Source of the DNA: a virus
Direction: 5' to 3' (one strand)
IMG/VR virus record: IMGVR_UViG_3300035181_002522
Location: 64,001 to 128,000 of that record
Length of the DNA: 64,000 bases
Below are positions 31,631-40,978 of this stretch, piece after piece; position 1 is the first letter of the stretch; the number at the start of each line of letters is the position of its first letter. A program made the position numbers and the translations under genes. Below the pieces are notes generated by a model, which was given only the letters and a program-made list of their open reading frames with translations, made no database searches and was not told the DNA's origin.

Positions 31631-34600
31631 ATGGCTATAAGAAATCTATATTCTGCAGAATCTTGGACTAAAATTTATGAAGCCTTTAGTCAAGTAAATT
31701 TTAGTTCTTTTGATTATGATAGCATTAAATCAGCAATCATATCATATTTACAAATCTATTACCCTGAAAATTTCAATGACTTTATTGAATCATCAGAATT
31801 AGTAGCTTTAATCGAAAGTTTTGCGTATGTAGCTGAACAACTTTCATATCGTTTGGACATGTTAGCGCATGAAAACTTTATCACAACGGCTCAACGTAAG
31901 CAATCAATTTTAAAGTTAGCGAAAATTATCTCATATAAACCAGCTCGTAATTTAGCTGGTCGTGGGATAATGAAGATTTCGTCAATTTCAACGACAGAAA
32001 ATGTATTTGACAGTCAAGGTAGTAATCTTTCTGGCTTAACTATTATTTGGAACGACCCAAATAATGCAAATTGGAAAGAACAGTTCTTCTTAATCTTAAA
32101 TAGAACGCTAAATGGTGAATTTGGACAATATAGTGCTCTTCAACAGGTTGGCGATGTCACAATGCAATTGTACACGTTCAACACTACCCAGAATTCGCTT
32201 AGCAATGGTGTGTATCATTTTACCGCTGATAATGGCACTGAGACGTTCCCAATGGAGCTTGTGCCGGTTCTTCTCTCTGAGAATGGGCCATTTGAAAAAA
32301 CCCCTGATGTAAATGCTCAATTATCTGTCATCTATGCCGAGGATGGCCTTGGAGATGGTTCGGATTATACTGGTCTCTTGCTATATGCGAAGCAAGGTTT
32401 ACTGACGTATATTCCGTACACGATTAATAACCCAAGTCCTAACTTAGCTTTGACTTTAGCACCGATCAACGTTAATGAGACTGATGTTTGGGTGACAGAG
32501 GTTGACTCTGACGGGGTTATTCAAAATGTTTGGGAAGAAGTTGAAAATTTGATTGACTCAAATGTGTCATTCAATACAATTGAGAACAGAAAAAAATACG
32601 AAGTTGAAACACTTGAGAATGATGCCGTTAAACTCGTCTTTGGTGATGGCGATTTTTCTGACATGCCAGTTGGAAGTTTTTATTTTTGGGTGCGCCAATC
32701 TGCTAATGCCACCATTGTTATTCCGCCGAGTAAATTAGTTAACCAACCATTCTCATTTCAATATACCGCAACTGATGGTACTGTTCAAACCGCAAATTTG
32801 ACATTTGGTTTAACAGCGACGATTCAAAATTCAGCACCATCAGAAAGTATCGAGCATATTCGCCAAGCCGCTCCATCTACCTATTATGCGCAAAATCGCA
32901 TGGTAAATGGCCAGGACTATAATACCTTCATGCTGAAGGACCAATCAATTTTACGTTTAGTATCAATTAATCGTACCTTTGCTGGTCAACCAAAATATAT
33001 TGATTGGAATGATGCGTCAGGTCAATATCAAAATATTAAACTTTTTGGTGACGATCTTCAACTTGGGTATGAACTTTCAATTAATTCCATTAGCACTGGT
33101 TCAACAATATCAAGTAGAAGTATCATTGATGAAGTCATTGAACCATTGTTATCTGAACCAGGCATTATTAACCTGTTAAATTATATTAGCGCAACAAATA
33201 CTGATGTTGATGATGGTGGAGAATTTGATACAACGGGTATTGTCAGTTTAACACGTCGAACATTTATTGAAGATAATCGCCAATTTTTTTGGCAGACAGA
33301 TGAATTAAATCAACATGGTTCTACAACCAGAGGACCACAGTTAGAAAAAACTTTAATTCAAGGCGCTATCGACCAACACTACTATGGAGAACCCGTCGGT
33401 TTTGCTACAATTGGTAATACAAACTACGGCATTATTCAGGACCCCGGTCTTCACCCTGAAAGCACAAGTAAGCTTTGGCTTAATACCCTACCAAGAACAA
33501 TTGATGGGGTTAACCCGTTCATCCCTGGTGACGTTGGTTCAGGCTTACAACCGACGGCTTGGCAAACAACATTTGGTCTGGCTTTTAATCGCGCGGTAAA
33601 ATTCATTGGGGCTGGAGTAAACACTAAATTAACGGCGACTATTACAGGTCGTATTCAATTGGATGGTTCAACATATGAAGCTGAGGTATTCACAATTGAA
33701 GTTGCCGCTGATGGTTTATTGCTTTACATTACCTCAAATTTACGAGGAGTTATTGGAGTTGGAGAGATTGGAACATCATATAAAAGTTCTAATCCAGGGG
33801 CTCAACTAGATATATTAGTTGAACAACCAACCAGTTTTACTTATGCGTTAGCTCCTGGTGATGCATTTATCATTCGTTTACCACAGATTGCTAAAGCAAC
33901 GTGGGATGCTTTAGCAGAAAGTAATAGAACCTTTATAAGCTATGCTGATACGAATGCATTAAATTCACCTGAAATTAGCAAATTAAATTTACTTGGTCGC
34001 TGGGAGTTGATTGATGGTACTGACCTTAGAGTAGCTGATTCAAATTTGACAAGTACTGACCCAGTCGATCCAAATGCTAGAGTTTTTGACCCAACTTTGT
34101 ATAAAGCTGGTAAGCGTAATCCTAATTCATGGATAATATGGGTAAAAGCTGAATTAAACCCAATTACTTCAACCATAACCAATTTTACCGTCAATTATCG
34201 TGAATTAAAGTTAAAAGCTTATTCACCAACTACTAATTTTTGGTACAATGACCAACAGCAAATTATCGATAATCAAACTAAAGATCGTGTATTTGATATT
34301 GTAAGAGTGTTAAAATCTAATTTGCGAGCCGATGATAGAGCGTTAGGTTTGAATCAAAATTACGATGTTGTACAAGCGGTCGTTGATACAAATGGAGTTA
34401 TTCAGCCAAAATATTTAGAGATTGTGCCAAGTGACATTTTAAAATTCACTGACCCAGCTAAGATGATAACTGACAACTTCTTGCAATTTGAGAATTTTGC
34501 CAATGCTGCTGACAATAGCTCAGAATTTTACAGTTACTTTCAATTACAAAATGATGGCACTCCAGCCGGAGCTGGGACCACTGTTGTCCCAGCTGTTTCA

Positions 34601-35296
34601 TTTGAGCCTGGTAGTTTTATTAGCAGTTGGGATAGCAATAATGGCTGTTATTGGGGTAGGTTGTTAAATCGCATTAATTTAGATTTTATGTGGCAGCATT
34701 TTACCCCTTATAATAATTTAATTGACCCATCACCATCTAACATTCATGATACATATATTTTAACAAATGGCTATTATACGGCGATGCAAAATTATATTGT
34801 CGGTTTAACTTCAATTAAGCCAGTGCCACCAACTCCTTTGGATTTACGTAATAGCTATGCTAGCTTGTTAGATAGTAAAATGTTATCTGATACTGTTGTT
34901 TTGCATAGTGCCAAATTGAAATTGTTATTTGGAGCAATGGCAGACCCACAGATGAGAGCGACTTTTAAAATTGTAAAAGCAACCACCGCAACGATGACCA
35001 ATGAAGCTTTAGCTACTGAAGTATTAAGTGTGATTAATGAATATTTTTCAATTAAAAATTGGGATTTCGGTGATACATTTTATGCAACTGAATTGTTTAG
35101 TTTAATACATCAAAGACTGCCAACACAACTAGCGACAGTTGTTTTAGTACCAGTGTATGCTGTAAATTCATTTGGCTCATTATTTACGATAACGGCAAAC
35201 CAAGATGAAATTTTACAATCATGTGCGCAGCTATCTGATATACAAATTGTGTCAGAACTAAATGCGACAAATATGAAACAAGGCCTAATCTCTTAG
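31631..35296 (+). CDS. gp6: baseplate wedge protein (gp6-like)
   Basis: DFIESSE, ENFITTAQRKQSILKLA..ISY, FGDG, ESIEHIRQAAP..YYAQNRMV..DY. Confidence 0.9.
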   Translation: MAIRNLYSAESWTKIYEAFSQVNFSSFDYDSIKSAIISYLQIYYPENFNDFIESSELVALIESFAYVAEQLSYRLDMLAHENFITTAQRKQSILKLAKIISYKPARNLAGRGIMKISSISTTENVFDSQGSNLSGLTIIWNDPNNANWKEQFFLILNRTLNGEFGQYSALQQVGDVTMQLYTFNTTQNSLSNGVYHFTADNGTETFPMELVPVLLSENGPFEKTPDVNAQLSVIYAEDGLGDGSDYTGLLLYAKQGLLTYIPYTINNPSPNLALTLAPINVNETDVWVTEVDSDGVIQNVWEEVENLIDSNVSFNTIENRKKYEVETLENDAVKLVFGDGDFSDMPVGSFYFWVRQSANATIVIPPSKLVNQPFSFQYTATDGTVQTANLTFGLTATIQNSAPSESIEHIRQAAPSTYYAQNRMVNGQDYNTFMLKDQSILRLVSINRTFAGQPKYIDWNDASGQYQNIKLFGDDLQLGYELSINSISTGSTISSRSIIDEVIEPLLSEPGIINLLNYISATNTDVDDGGEFDTTGIVSLTRRTFIEDNRQFFWQTDELNQHGSTTRGPQLEKTLIQGAIDQHYYGEPVGFATIGNTNYGIIQDPGLHPESTSKLWLNTLPRTIDGVNPFIPGDVGSGLQPTAWQTTFGLAFNRAVKFIGAGVNTKLTATITGRIQLDGSTYEAEVFTIEVAADGLLLYITSNLRGVIGVGEIGTSYKSSNPGAQLDILVEQPTSFTYALAPGDAFIIRLPQIAKATWDALAESNRTFISYADTNALNSPEISKLNLLGRWELIDGTDLRVADSNLTSTDPVDPNARVFDPTLYKAGKRNPNSWIIWVKAELNPITSTITNFTVNYRELKLKAYSPTTNFWYNDQQQIIDNQTKDRVFDIVRVLKSNLRADDRALGLNQNYDVVQAVVDTNGVIQPKYLEIVPSDILKFTDPAKMITDNFLQFENFANAADNSSEFYSYFQLQNDGTPAGAGTTVVPAVSFEPGSFISSWDSNNGCYWGRLLNRINLDFMWQHFTPYNNLIDPSPSNIHDTYILTNGYYTAMQNYIVGLTSIKPVPPTPLDLRNSYASLLDSKMLSDTVVLHSAKLKLLFGAMADPQMRATFKIVKATTATMTNEALATEVLSVINEYFSIKNWDFGDTFYATELFSLIHQRLPTQLATVVLVPVYAVNSFGSLFTITANQDEILQSCAQLSDIQIVSELNATNMKQGLIS

Positions 35297-35301
35297 GAAA
35301 G

Positions 35302-36211
35302 GCTACGTTTTGGAAAAAGACGAGAGAAAATATTTGCAAGCGAGACAAGACCCTTAGTCTGTCAGTTTTCGTAGTAGTTCCAATGTGTATAAAGAAGGCA
35401 AATTAAGCCTTCTTTTTTATGAGTGCTACGTTTTGGAAAAACTGAGAGAAATATTGCGAGACAGACAAGACCCTTAGTCTGTCAGTTTTCATAGCAGTTC
35501 ATTAGTTCAAAAAAAGAGAGCTTAATTTACCTTCTTTTCAAAAAGGCTACGTTTTCAAAAAGACGAAAAAAGATGATGCGAGACAAGTTAAAATAGAAAA
35601 AAAGAAATTCAGTTCATCTGAATGACGCAGGTCACCCCTGTTGAATTTTAATTGAAATTATGAATGAACCTATTTGCTGAATTTTAAAATTGCATAGAAG
35701 TGAATTTCATGAACGCTACGTTTTTAAAAAGACGAGAAAAGATGATGCGAGACGCAGACAAGACCCTTAGTCTGTCAGTTTTCGTAGTAGTTCGCTGATA
35801 CAAAAAAGAGGGAAAATTAATCCTTCTTTTTTGAGAACGCTACGTTTTTAAAAAAGCTGAAAAAAGAAATTGCGAGACGAGACTAGTCAAAAAGAAAAAA
35901 AGAAATTCAGTTCATCTGAATGACGCAGGTCACTTCTGTGCAATTTTAATTGAAATTATAAATGAACCTATTTGCTGAATTTTAAAATTGCACAGAGGCG
36001 AATTTCATAAAGGCTACGTTTTGGAAAAACACGAAGATAAGCGCGCAGAGACAGAGACAAGACCCTTAGTCTGTCAGTTTTCGTAGTAGTTCATCGATAC
36101 AAAAAAGAGGGAAAATTAATCCTTCTTTTTTGAGAACGCTACGTTTTTAAAAAAGCTGAGAGAAATGCGCAGAGACGCAGACAAGACCCTTAGTCTGTCA
36201 GTTTTCGTAGT
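35302..36211. repeat. array of 7 structured non-coding repeat units (order A-A-B-A-B-A-A')
   Basis: units start GCTACGTTTT at 35302, 35425, 35546, 35715, 35839, 36013, 36138; invariant 28-mer AGACAAGACCCTTAGTCTGTCAGTTTTC x5; a different ~110-nt body x2. Confidence 0.95.
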
Positions 36212-36266
36212 GTTTACAACTGATTGATTTTTAATTTATTTTTAATTTTAATAGAGGTATGATTTT

Positions 36267-36524
36267 ATGACAATTTCAATTGCAGAAAGAAATAAAGAGC
36301 TTAGATTTTTATTAGAGCGCAACACAGTTCAACTTGAATTTATTAAAGCTGATGGCCAGGTGAGGTTAATGACTTGCACCTTAAGACCAGAGCTCATAGA
36401 ACTAGAGCCAACATCAGCAACGCCAAGAAGAGTAAATGATGAGGTGATTAGGGTGTTTGACCTTGACCTTAAAGAATGGCGATCATTTAGGATTGATCGC
36501 TTAAAATCAACAAAATTACTATAA
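36267..36524 (+). CDS. small WYL_2 / Sm-like SH3-barrel protein
   Basis: FIKADGQVRLMTCTL...VFDLDLKEWRSFRIDRL. Confidence 0.8.
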   Translation: MTISIAERNKELRFLLERNTVQLEFIKADGQVRLMTCTLRPELIELEPTSATPRRVNDEVIRVFDLDLKEWRSFRIDRLKSTKLL

Positions 36525-36559
36525 AAAATCAAATTGTAGTTCATCATAAGTGAATTAAC

Positions 36560-37020
36560 TTATAATAGATTATTATATAATTACATATTTGCTGTGAACG
36601 ATGTATCAGAAAAACTGTTTGAAAAAGTAATAAATCAACATTATGCTCGTTGATATTTGAAATTTATTGAAAGTGTTAATGAGTCTGGTGGGAAGATAAA
36701 AACACCACATTCTACCAAAAGCTAAAGATATGTGGCCAGAGTTTAGTTCTTTAAAAGAACATAAATGGAATTAGTGCAATAAAATTAAATTGAATAAAAT
36801 AGTAAGATTTATGAAAAGTTACACAATTAGCAATTGAACGTATAGTTGCACAAAAATGATTTAAATTGGAAAGCTACAGTTGGAGTTGAAATGAGTAAAA
36901 AGATGTCAGAGAAAACAGTCCCCCGAATACAAAATGTTATATCATCAAACATGTGAACGGTGTGGTAAAACATTAGATAAGTTAAATTTTAATAGATGGC
37001 ATGGTAACAAACACAAATTA
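36560..37020 (+). pseudogene. decayed HNH homing endonuclease
   Basis: fragments HHILPK, WPEFSSLKEHKWN, TCERCGK...FNRWHG among stops and frameshifts. Confidence 0.6.
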
Positions 37021-37033
37021 AATAGGAGAAATA

Positions 37034-37411
37034 ATGAAAAAAATACTATTGATATCAATGATCCCAATCTTAACGAACTGCAGTTCAATAATTTATGATG
37101 CATTGCAATACGACAGATTTATTACGCTCCAAGAAAAATTAGAGCAGTTAAAACCTATTTGTGGTAAGGACGATGCATTAGCTAAAATTAAAGATTTGAA
37201 AGTTTATGTTGACCATATGGACCATTATGCATCACATCGTGTAAATGCTCCAGAAGTTGCCTCAGCTACTGCTTCAATAAATTCAATGGTGACAGAGTTA
37301 GCTTCTCAATATGATGCTAATAATAGTCCGACTTTAGCATATTGTCAAGTAAAAGTTGATAATATTACGGCTGGAGTTGCCACAATAATCTCAGGTTTAG
37401 GAGCACAATAA
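37034..37411 (+). CDS. putative lipoprotein
   Basis: MKKILLISMIPILTNC lipobox-like signal. Confidence 0.6.
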   Translation: MKKILLISMIPILTNCSSIIYDALQYDRFITLQEKLEQLKPICGKDDALAKIKDLKVYVDHMDHYASHRVNAPEVASATASINSMVTELASQYDANNSPTLAYCQVKVDNITAGVATIISGLGAQ

Positions 37412-37412
37412 C

Positions 37413-37655
37413 ATGGAGTTAAATGACTTTTTATTATCGCCAATTCGTGAAGTTAAAGATTTGGCTGAATGCGCTCAGAATATTGAAAACCTTTATACCA
37501 AAGGTGAATTAACTAAAGAAGAAGCAGCTGAACTTTTAGCTGACTTATTAAAGTTGAAAGACATTAACACTGAGATGGTTGACATCGAAACTCAACGCGA
37601 ATTATGGCAGCTAGTTAAACTACTTCAAACTATGAAGTTCTTCACAAGTCTCTAA
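37413..37655 (+). CDS. hypothetical protein
   Basis: ORF coupled to the lipoprotein gene. Confidence 0.6.
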   Translation: MELNDFLLSPIREVKDLAECAQNIENLYTKGELTKEEAAELLADLLKLKDINTEMVDIETQRELWQLVKLLQTMKFFTSL

Positions 37656-37904
37656 GCTAAAAGATGTTAATCTCCAAAGTTTGAATTTATAATTAAATTT
37701 TGAACTTTGGAGATACTACGATAACAGTTGTTTTTTCTCACTCTATCACTACTCACTACTCAATAATCAACTCAAGATGCAACTGTAAAGGCGCAATCTT
37801 TTGATACAGTTACAATTGGCTATATTGTCATTTTAGTCGTTTATCTCATTGAGCGTTATCTTATTCACGATAATTCAAAGTAATTTTTTTGCATAATAAT
37901 TCAT

Positions 37905-38150
37905 ATGCCATACATACCTATAATTTCAAACCTACAACAAACAACAACACCTGTTGTTCAAGTCGACGATGGTCAGCAATGTTCAGCTGGTTCAATTGAA
38001 TGTACTCCTTGCATGTTAGCTCCAATTTTATTGGGCATTCTTGTTTTAGGAATTGTATTTTTAGTGTTAGCTAATTCACTTCAAGGCTTTACATTTAAAC
38101 GTAAAGCTAAAAAATCTATTCAGAAGCCATTTGATTTGACAAAACATTAA
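37905..38150 (+). CDS. small membrane protein
   Basis: single TM helix. Confidence 0.5.
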   Translation: MPYIPIISNLQQTTTPVVQVDDGQQCSAGSIECTPCMLAPILLGILVLGIVFLVLANSLQGFTFKRKAKKSIQKPFDLTKH

Positions 38151-38194
38151 TCACTTTCCAAAATAAATATCATTTTTTGCAATGGAGTAAAATA

Positions 38195-38575
38195 ATGAAA
38201 AAAATTGCTTTATTAATCATTACCTTAGTGATGGTTGGTTGCGCACAAACCACAGGTTATCGTCCAACCATTGATGCTTATGGCGATCAACGTTATCAAT
38301 ATATCAATCAAGATGCTGCCGATTGTGAAGCAATAGCAGGTCAATCAAGCGTTGGTAAAGGTATTGCGACTGATGGCTTTGTTGGGGCTTTAGTTGGAGC
38401 GGCTGGTGGTGCGGCGTTAGGCGCAGTCATTGGCAATCCAGCTACTGGGGCGGCAATTGGCGCGGCGGCCGGTGGCATTGGTGGTGGTGCAAAAGGTGGT
38501 ATTGAAGCAGACCAAACATACAAACGAATTTTTCGTAATTGCATGCAAAATAGGGGACATAGGACGTTAAACTAA
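38195..38575 (+). CDS. glycine-zipper outer-membrane lipoprotein
   Basis: MVGC lipobox, GALVGAAGGAALGAVIG...GAAIGAAAGGIGGG, CMQNRGH. Confidence 0.85.
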   Translation: MKKIALLIITLVMVGCAQTTGYRPTIDAYGDQRYQYINQDAADCEAIAGQSSVGKGIATDGFVGALVGAAGGAALGAVIGNPATGAAIGAAAGGIGGGAKGGIEADQTYKRIFRNCMQNRGHRTLN

Positions 38576-38584
38576 AACAAGTTG

Positions 38585-38613
38585 TTTACAATAAAGAGAA
38601 AAGGTGTTAAAAT
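38585..38613 (+). promoter_or_regulatory. sigma70-type early promoter
   Basis: TTTACA-N17-TAAAAT; similar T(T/G)TAC(A/T)...TAnaAT sites at about 44157, 48075, 57619, 62318. Confidence 0.6.
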
Positions 38614-38645
38614 TTATCAACCTTCAAATAAATCGCGAGGAAAAA

Positions 38646-39085
38646 TGTCTCTATTAGAACAAATTAGAGCAGCTTCATTGGCCGCTCGTAAAGCAAAGTC
38701 AGCTAACGCAAGCTTTTTAATTACCTTGTTGGGTGAGGCAACTCGTCCTGGTAAAGACAATGGTAATCGCGAGAGCACTGATGAAGAAGTGTTTAAGGTC
38801 ATAAACAAATTTAAGGCCGGCCTTGATGAAAGCATTAAGGCAATGCAAGCTAGAAATGACGAAGCTGGCCTTCAAAAGTTAAATAATGAAATGGCCGCGT
38901 TAACTCCATTTTTGCCACAACTTTTAACAGAATCAGAACTTCGTAACATTATTGAAGCGCTCATTTCTGGTTCACCAAGTCCTAGCATTGGTCAAATTTT
39001 TGGCGCTTTGAAAAAATCATATGGTGGCAAATTTGATGGAGAAATGGCCTCAGCAATCATTAAAGAGACATTAAGTCATGGCTGA
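38646..39085 (+). CDS. GatB/YqeY domain protein
   Basis: SLLEQIR...ARK, STDEEV, FLPQLLTESEL, IGQIFGALKKSYGGKFDG. Confidence 0.85.
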
Positions 39086-39287
39086 AAAACCAGATGGTAA
39101 GTTAGTCTTTATAGTTGCTCTTATCGGCGGCGTAATAATTGCAGGTGCATCATATCAGGTCATTCATTCGTTTAAACCTAACCCTGACCCACAGTGTCTT
39201 GCGGCTTTAGTCGTAACATCAGATAATTGGTGGGAGCAATCGCCTGAACCAGAATGTACGCCAAACTTTGTTGATAATAAACACTGA
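39078..39287 (+). CDS. small membrane protein
   Basis: N-terminal TM segment. Confidence 0.5.
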   Translation: MAEKPDGKLVFIVALIGGVIIAGASYQVIHSFKPNPDPQCLAALVVTSDNWWEQSPEPECTPNFVDNKH

Positions 39288-39405
39288 CTTTGTAAGCTCA
39301 TGGGTAGAGCTCCCATACGAGGGTAGGAGTTGGTTCAATTCCAATGAAAGAATGGTTCCCGTAAATCCGCAATGGGGAGAGTAGGTTCGAATCCTACCAA
39401 AGTCA
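39286..39405 (+). ncRNA. tRNA-like RNA with ~55-nt structured insert replacing the anticodon loop
   Basis: acceptor GACTTTG/CAAAGTC, D arm GCTC..GAGC, T arm GTAGG-TTCGAAT-CCTAC; insert carries a second T-loop hairpin. Confidence 0.75.
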
Positions 39406-39427
39406 ACAATATTGAAGAGAAAGAAAT

Positions 39428-39625
39428 ATGCAAAATGCGTTAAATTATATCTACATGGGCATTATCGCGTCAATTATTCTTATTGTAATTGGCTTTTTTG
39501 GCTATAAGCTTTACGAACGAGATGAATTCTATCGTAAATGCGAAGATAAAGATGGCACGGTAATTAAAAATGAACTTGACGAAAGTTTTTGCTTTAGGCC
39601 ATCGCAAATAGGGGAACACACTTGA
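39428..39625 (+). CDS. small membrane-anchored Cys-pair protein
   Basis: TM followed by C..DG...C, similar to 40162-40344 and 40337-40552. Confidence 0.55.
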   Translation: MQNALNYIYMGIIASIILIVIGFFGYKLYERDEFYRKCEDKDGTVIKNELDESFCFRPSQIGEHT

Positions 39626-39945
39626 TAAATCAATACTTTGATTTATGGCCTAATGAAACTGGTCTACCATTTCATATTTTTATTGGAGATATGAAATTAG
39701 TTGAAGGTAATCCACAGTTTTTAGCTCCAACTGAAGAGCAGTTAGCTCAAGGCAGTTTCAATCTTAAAGATTGCCAAGTTGTTAAGTTAACCACTGGTAT
39801 TGAATGTATTTCTACGACTCGCGATATGCAATTACAATTTTTCTTAAATGAAAATTGCCAACAGCTTATGAAATATTGTACTGGTGAAATTTCGATTGTT
39901 GAATTAAAACAGACACTTTCTACGGAGTATGTTACATGGCTTTAG
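39622..39945 (+). CDS. hypothetical protein
   Basis: coupled ORF. Confidence 0.5.
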   Translation: MINQYFDLWPNETGLPFHIFIGDMKLVEGNPQFLAPTEEQLAQGSFNLKDCQVVKLTTGIECISTTRDMQLQFFLNENCQQLMKYCTGEISIVELKQTLSTEYVTWL

Positions 39946-40169
39946 CAGATTTAAATACACCAGCAGTTCAAAAAATCCCACTTGACCAGCGCAAAGAAAT
40001 TTGGCTCAAAATTTGGGCAGCTTTAGTTACAACTGACGGTCTATCTTCACCAATCTTCATTTCGGAATGGGCAGATGAATGTTTAGCTCATTATGCCGAA
40101 CGTTTTTATGCTACTGATGAAGGCGTTCAGAATTTATTCGAAGAAATTGATGAAGCTAAAAATGTCTAA
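39936..40169 (+). CDS. hypothetical protein
   Basis: coupled ORF with GGAG RBS. Confidence 0.55.
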   Translation: MALADLNTPAVQKIPLDQRKEIWLKIWAALVTTDGLSSPIFISEWADECLAHYAERFYATDEGVQNLFEEIDEAKNV

Positions 40170-40344
40170 ATACGTCATCTTTGGAGTTATCATTGGAACC
40201 ATCATCGGTGTTTCTCTGGGATTAAATCATTATCAGTTCAAGCTACAAGCTGATAAATTTACCAAAGAATGCCATGCTCAAAAGGGTGTCGTTATAGAAG
40301 AATATGACACTGGTAATTTACTCTGTTTTCCGGCCGATGCGTAA
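40162..40344 (+). CDS. small membrane-anchored Cys-pair protein
   Basis: TM followed by CHAQKG...LLC. Confidence 0.5.
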   Translation: MSKYVIFGVIIGTIIGVSLGLNHYQFKLQADKFTKECHAQKGVVIEEYDTGNLLCFPADA

Positions 40345-40552
40345 TTTATATAAATTAGTTAAAGTGCTTGCATTCATCGCGGCATTTATTGTGTTTACGT
40401 TTATCATTGGCATGGTTAAATATCAATACGATGTAGCTGAATATCGAGATAAAATTAATTGTTCAGCTGCTGGTGGTGCCTTTAAGCTTAATGAGCAGAC
40501 AGGTGAAAAAAAATGTGTAGTTTCTACAGGAGAGTTACAATGGAAAAAATGA
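40337..40552 (+). CDS. small membrane-anchored Cys-pair protein
   Basis: TM followed by CSAAGG...KC. Confidence 0.5.
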   Translation: MRNLYKLVKVLAFIAAFIVFTFIIGMVKYQYDVAEYRDKINCSAAGGAFKLNEQTGEKKCVVSTGELQWKK

Positions 40553-40833
40553 TGTTGGTTTTATTGCTAGCTTTTCCAATGCTAGCCCAAGCGAGTTCGC
40601 CGAGCTTTTATATTCAAGCCCCAGGTTTTTCCTTTGGCTATTCTCAACCAAGTTGGTATCCAGTTCAACCATACCCATACGCCGTTGTGCCACGATATCC
40701 ATATCCACAGCAATATAACATTGTAGTTCCGCCAAGGTTTGAATACCACGAATATCGTCAATGGCAAGATCGACACGATGATTATTACGAGCACGGTCAT
40801 CACTTTGGTCATAGAGATCGCGACTGGCGTTAA
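40540..40833 (+). CDS. secreted Pro/Tyr/His-rich protein
   Basis: signal peptide ending AQA, low-complexity body; AGGAG RBS. Confidence 0.6.
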   Translation: MEKMMLVLLLAFPMLAQASSPSFYIQAPGFSFGYSQPSWYPVQPYPYAVVPRYPYPQQYNIVVPPRFEYHEYRQWQDRHDDYYEHGHHFGHRDRDWR

Positions 40834-40840
40834 AGAATAC

Positions 40841-40914
40841 TGGCCTATAGCTCGAAGGTCGAACAGGCGGTTCATAACTGCTCGGTCCTGGTCCAATTCC
40901 ATGCAGGCCCACCA
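40841..40914 (+). tRNA. tRNA-Met/Ile (CAT), degenerate
   Basis: anticodon loop TTCATAA, CCA end; imperfect T arm and acceptor. Confidence 0.7.
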
Positions 40915-40924
40915 ACTATAAACC

Positions 40925-40978
40925 CATACAGTTTTACTTTTTATCATAAATACAAATTTAATAAAGTAAAACTGTATG
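40925..40978 (+). promoter_or_regulatory. start-codon-sequestering hairpin enclosing a late-promoter-like TAAATA
   Basis: 16-bp perfect stem CATACAGTTTTACTTT/AAAGTAAAACTGTATG that includes the HNH ATG. Confidence 0.75.

Noticed and set aside
35302-36211. CRISPR array
   Set aside because: Sequences between the 28-nt repeats are about 90-270 nt and homologous to one another rather than unique spacers; no cas genes in the window
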